A stretch of DNA of 64,000 nucleotides from an uncultured Anaerolineaceae bacterium. Lineage in GTDB: Bacteria > Chloroflexota > Anaerolineae > Anaerolineales > Villigracilaceae. The DNA is taken from positions 738 through 64,737 of the forward strand of contig CAZDGZ010000002.1 of assembly GCA_964505165.1 (NCBI GenBank), given 5' to 3'. Shown piece after piece: positions 62,333 through 64,000 of the stretch (position 1 is the first letter of the stretch; every line of letters starts with the position of its first letter). The notes beneath the pieces were generated by a model that was given only the letters and a program-made list of their open reading frames with translations, did no database searches and was not told the DNA's origin. The position numbers and the translations under genes are program-made.

Positions 62333-63496
62333 GTGTATCTGACTCGCCTTTCGCTGACGCATTTTCGTAATTTCGCCCGCCTGGATATGGAAATTCCCCG
62401 GCGGGTGATTTTGCTTGCGGGAAATAACGCACAGGGGAAGACGAGTTTTTTGGAGGCGGTTTATTTCCTCGCGGCGATGACTTCTTTCCAGACGTATAGC
62501 GACCGGCAATTGGTCAATTTCCTCGCCGCGCGCGAATCTCTGGCGGTAGGGCGGATTGTCGCGGAGTTCCGTCGAGGAGAGAAGACTCATCGAATCGAAA
62601 TCCGCCTGATTTTGGATTCATCCAACGGAAACGGGAAACGGCTTCGGAAGGAGATTTTCCTCGACGGCGTCCGACGAAAGGCGGTGGACGCGGTAGGGCT
62701 TTTCAACGCGTCTCTTTTCGTGCCGCAAATGTCGCAAATCATCGAGGGAAGCCCCGATGAACGGCGGCGCTATTTGAACATGACCCTCTCTCAAGTTGTC
62801 CCCGCGTATGTCCGAGCGTTGACGGACTATACCCGTGCCCTCTCTCAACGCAACGCGTTGTTGAAGCAACTGAACGAGCGCGGCGGAGACCCGGGGCAAC
62901 TTTCGTATTGGGACGATTTTCTCGCGGAGAAGGGCGCGCTGCTCATTTTTTCGCGCATTCGAGGCGTGCGGGAACTGGAGCGCATCGCCGCGAAGATTCA
63001 TGATACTTTGACGCGCGGCGCCGAGGTGCTTCGTCTCTCTTATCAGCCTTCGTATGCTCCCGAAGATGAGTCCGCTCCGACGGAGGTCATCCGCGCAGGA
63101 TTTAAGAAGCGGTTGGAATCTCTTCGGGCGATGGAGATTTCTCGCGGGGTGACGACGGTTGGCCCTCACCGCGACGAATTGCGTTTCCTTTCCAACGGTG
63201 TGGATTTGGGAAATTACGGCTCTCGCGGACAAATTCGCACCGCGTTGCTTTCGCTCAAACTCGCGGAAGTGGATTGGATGAAAGAGAAGACGGGAGAATA
63301 TCCCGTAATTTTGCTGGATGAAATCATGGCGGAACTAGACCCGCAGCGCCGAGAAGATATGCTCTCTTATGTGAAAAAGAGCGAGCAGGTTTTTCTCACG
63401 ACGACGGATGCGGAGTTTTTCCCGGAAACCTTTGTTTCGGATGCCGCCGTGTGGCGGGTCGAGGGAGGACAAATCCTCCCAGAGGATACGTTTTGA
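62333..63496 (+). CDS. recF: DNA replication and repair protein RecF
   Basis: (GTG)YLTRLSLTHFRNFARLDMEI..LLAGNNAQGKTSFLEAVYFL Walker A, an SMC-like signature region (GSRGQIRTALLSLKLAE) and ILLDEIMAELD Walker B. Confidence 0.93.
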   Translation: MYLTRLSLTHFRNFARLDMEIPRRVILLAGNNAQGKTSFLEAVYFLAAMTSFQTYSDRQLVNFLAARESLAVGRIVAEFRRGEKTHRIEIRLILDSSNGNGKRLRKEIFLDGVRRKAVDAVGLFNASLFVPQMSQIIEGSPDERRRYLNMTLSQVVPAYVRALTDYTRALSQRNALLKQLNERGGDPGQLSYWDDFLAEKGALLIFSRIRGVRELERIAAKIHDTLTRGAEVLRLSYQPSYAPEDESAPTEVIRAGFKKRLESLRAMEISRGVTTVGPHRDELRFLSNGVDLGNYGSRGQIRTALLSLKLAEVDWMKEKTGEYPVILLDEIMAELDPQRREDMLSYVKKSEQVFLTTTDAEFFPETFVSDAAVWRVEGGQILPEDTF

Positions 63497-63517
63497 TTTC
63501 TTGAAAAGGAGTATGGC

Positions 63518-63871
63518 ATGCCCGTAAAAAAATTTTCCGATGTGCCTCCGGTCGAGGTGGAAGCCGCTGTAAAAACGACCATTCAGGTTTTGATTTCCCC
63601 GGAGGAAGCGCCGAATTTTGCCATGCGTCGTTTCGTGATGCAGCCCGGCGGGAGTATGCCGCGTCATACCAACGAGGTCGAGCATGAGCAACTTGTCCTG
63701 AACGGACGCGCCCGAATCGGTATTGGCGACGAGGTGTACGAAGTGCAGAAAGACGATGTGGTCTTTATTCCCGCAGGTATTCCCCACTGGTACGAGACGA
63801 TAGGGGACGAACCCTTCGAATTTTTGTGCATGGTCCCCAACAAACCGGATACCATCACGATTTTGGATTAA
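63518..63871 (+). CDS. Cupin-domain protein
   Basis: 117 aa. GGSMPRHTNEVEHEQLVLNGRARIGIGDEVYEVQKDDVVFIPAGIPHWY carries the two cupin motifs. Confidence 0.8.
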   Translation: MPVKKFSDVPPVEVEAAVKTTIQVLISPEEAPNFAMRRFVMQPGGSMPRHTNEVEHEQLVLNGRARIGIGDEVYEVQKDDVVFIPAGIPHWYETIGDEPFEFLCMVPNKPDTITILD

Positions 63872-64000
63872 GGCGTATTGGTGGGCCAGGGGGTGTAAGT
63901 GGGTCCCTGAGTGGGAGGAGGGGGAGGCGTAAACGTCGGAAATGCCAACGTCGGAGTCGCCTCGATGCTTGTCGCGGCAGGAGATACCCACGCGGAAGGC
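63868..64000 (-). CDS. Possible 3' end of a minus-strand gene with Pro/Thr-rich C-terminus (partial, runs off the window)
   Basis: The open frame from 63999 down to stop TAA (63868-63870) reads ...PTLAFPTFTPPPPPTQGPTYTPWPTNTP*. The stop overlaps the cupin stop within TTAA. Only 43 codons are visible, so support is weak. Confidence 0.25.
   Translation of the reverse strand, partial: PSAWVSPAATSIEATPTLAFPTFTPPPPPTQGPTYTPWPTNTP

Noticed and set aside
63335-63991. 218-aa minus-strand ORF overlapping recF's 3' end and the cupin gene
   Set aside because: It lies antisense to two well-supported genes and has no homology or start signals. A different minus-strand frame (63868 to the window edge) looks slightly more gene-like and is listed at low confidence.
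1-64000. Scan for rRNA, tRNA, CRISPR arrays, IS elements/transposases, integrases, toxin-antitoxin pairs and known defence-system signatures
   Set aside because: By eye I found no tRNA-like GTTCGAATC-type arms, no spaced direct repeats of CRISPR type, no transposase/integrase-like ORFs and no terminal inverted repeats. The PIN/TRAM protein is the housekeeping YacL type beside cysS, not a VapC toxin. A covariance-model or HMM scan would be needed to be certain.

Overview
This is a dense, mostly housekeeping chromosomal window with about 60 protein genes. I saw no rRNA, tRNA, CRISPR array, transposase or prophage. The DNA looks moderately GC-rich by eye. Pro/Thr-rich linkers, a giant family-5 solute-binding lipoprotein, GT39-type membrane glycosyltransferases and a bacterial translin make me guess a monoderm Chloroflexota/Anaerolineae-like organism, but that is only a guess. 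Recognisable genes are dnaN, cysS, rlmB, a GH1 beta-glucosidase followed by a five-gene Opp/Dpp-type ABC importer, trmD, T-box-controlled pheS-pheT, clpC, dnaK, a deoxynucleoside kinase, a thiolase, an acyl-CoA mutase large subunit, ssb, def and recF. The accessory-looking part is an envelope or protein glycosylation locus at 41.1-52.4 kb. It holds two GT4 genes converging on an eight-gene minus-strand operon with overlapping start/stop junctions, three GT-C-type membrane enzymes and a tandemly duplicated GT39-GT2 module. The strongest non-coding signal is the only long gap (38.79-39.41 kb, between dnaK and a nucleotidyltransferase gene). It carries two perfect and several near-perfect DnaA boxes, DnaA-trio-like triplets, an AT-rich tract and a second 9-mer repeat (CCCCCATAT), so it is a candidate oriC that is not next to dnaA or dnaN. 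A mirror-image triplet of DnaA-box-like repeats with 21-bp phasing lies 2.8 kb away at 42154-42206. I did not find a convincing self-contained new defence-type system. The best candidates for something undescribed are the origin-like region with its two repeat families, the DUF3467 / TRAX-like translin / membrane protein unit behind ssb, the dNK-nucleotidyltransferase pair, and the triple GT-C glycosylation operon. The very long ORFs antisense to dnaK, the solute-binding protein gene, pheT, the mutase and others are all codon-aligned shadow frames and I reject them as genes. All coordinates and motifs were read by eye, and no searches or computations were run.
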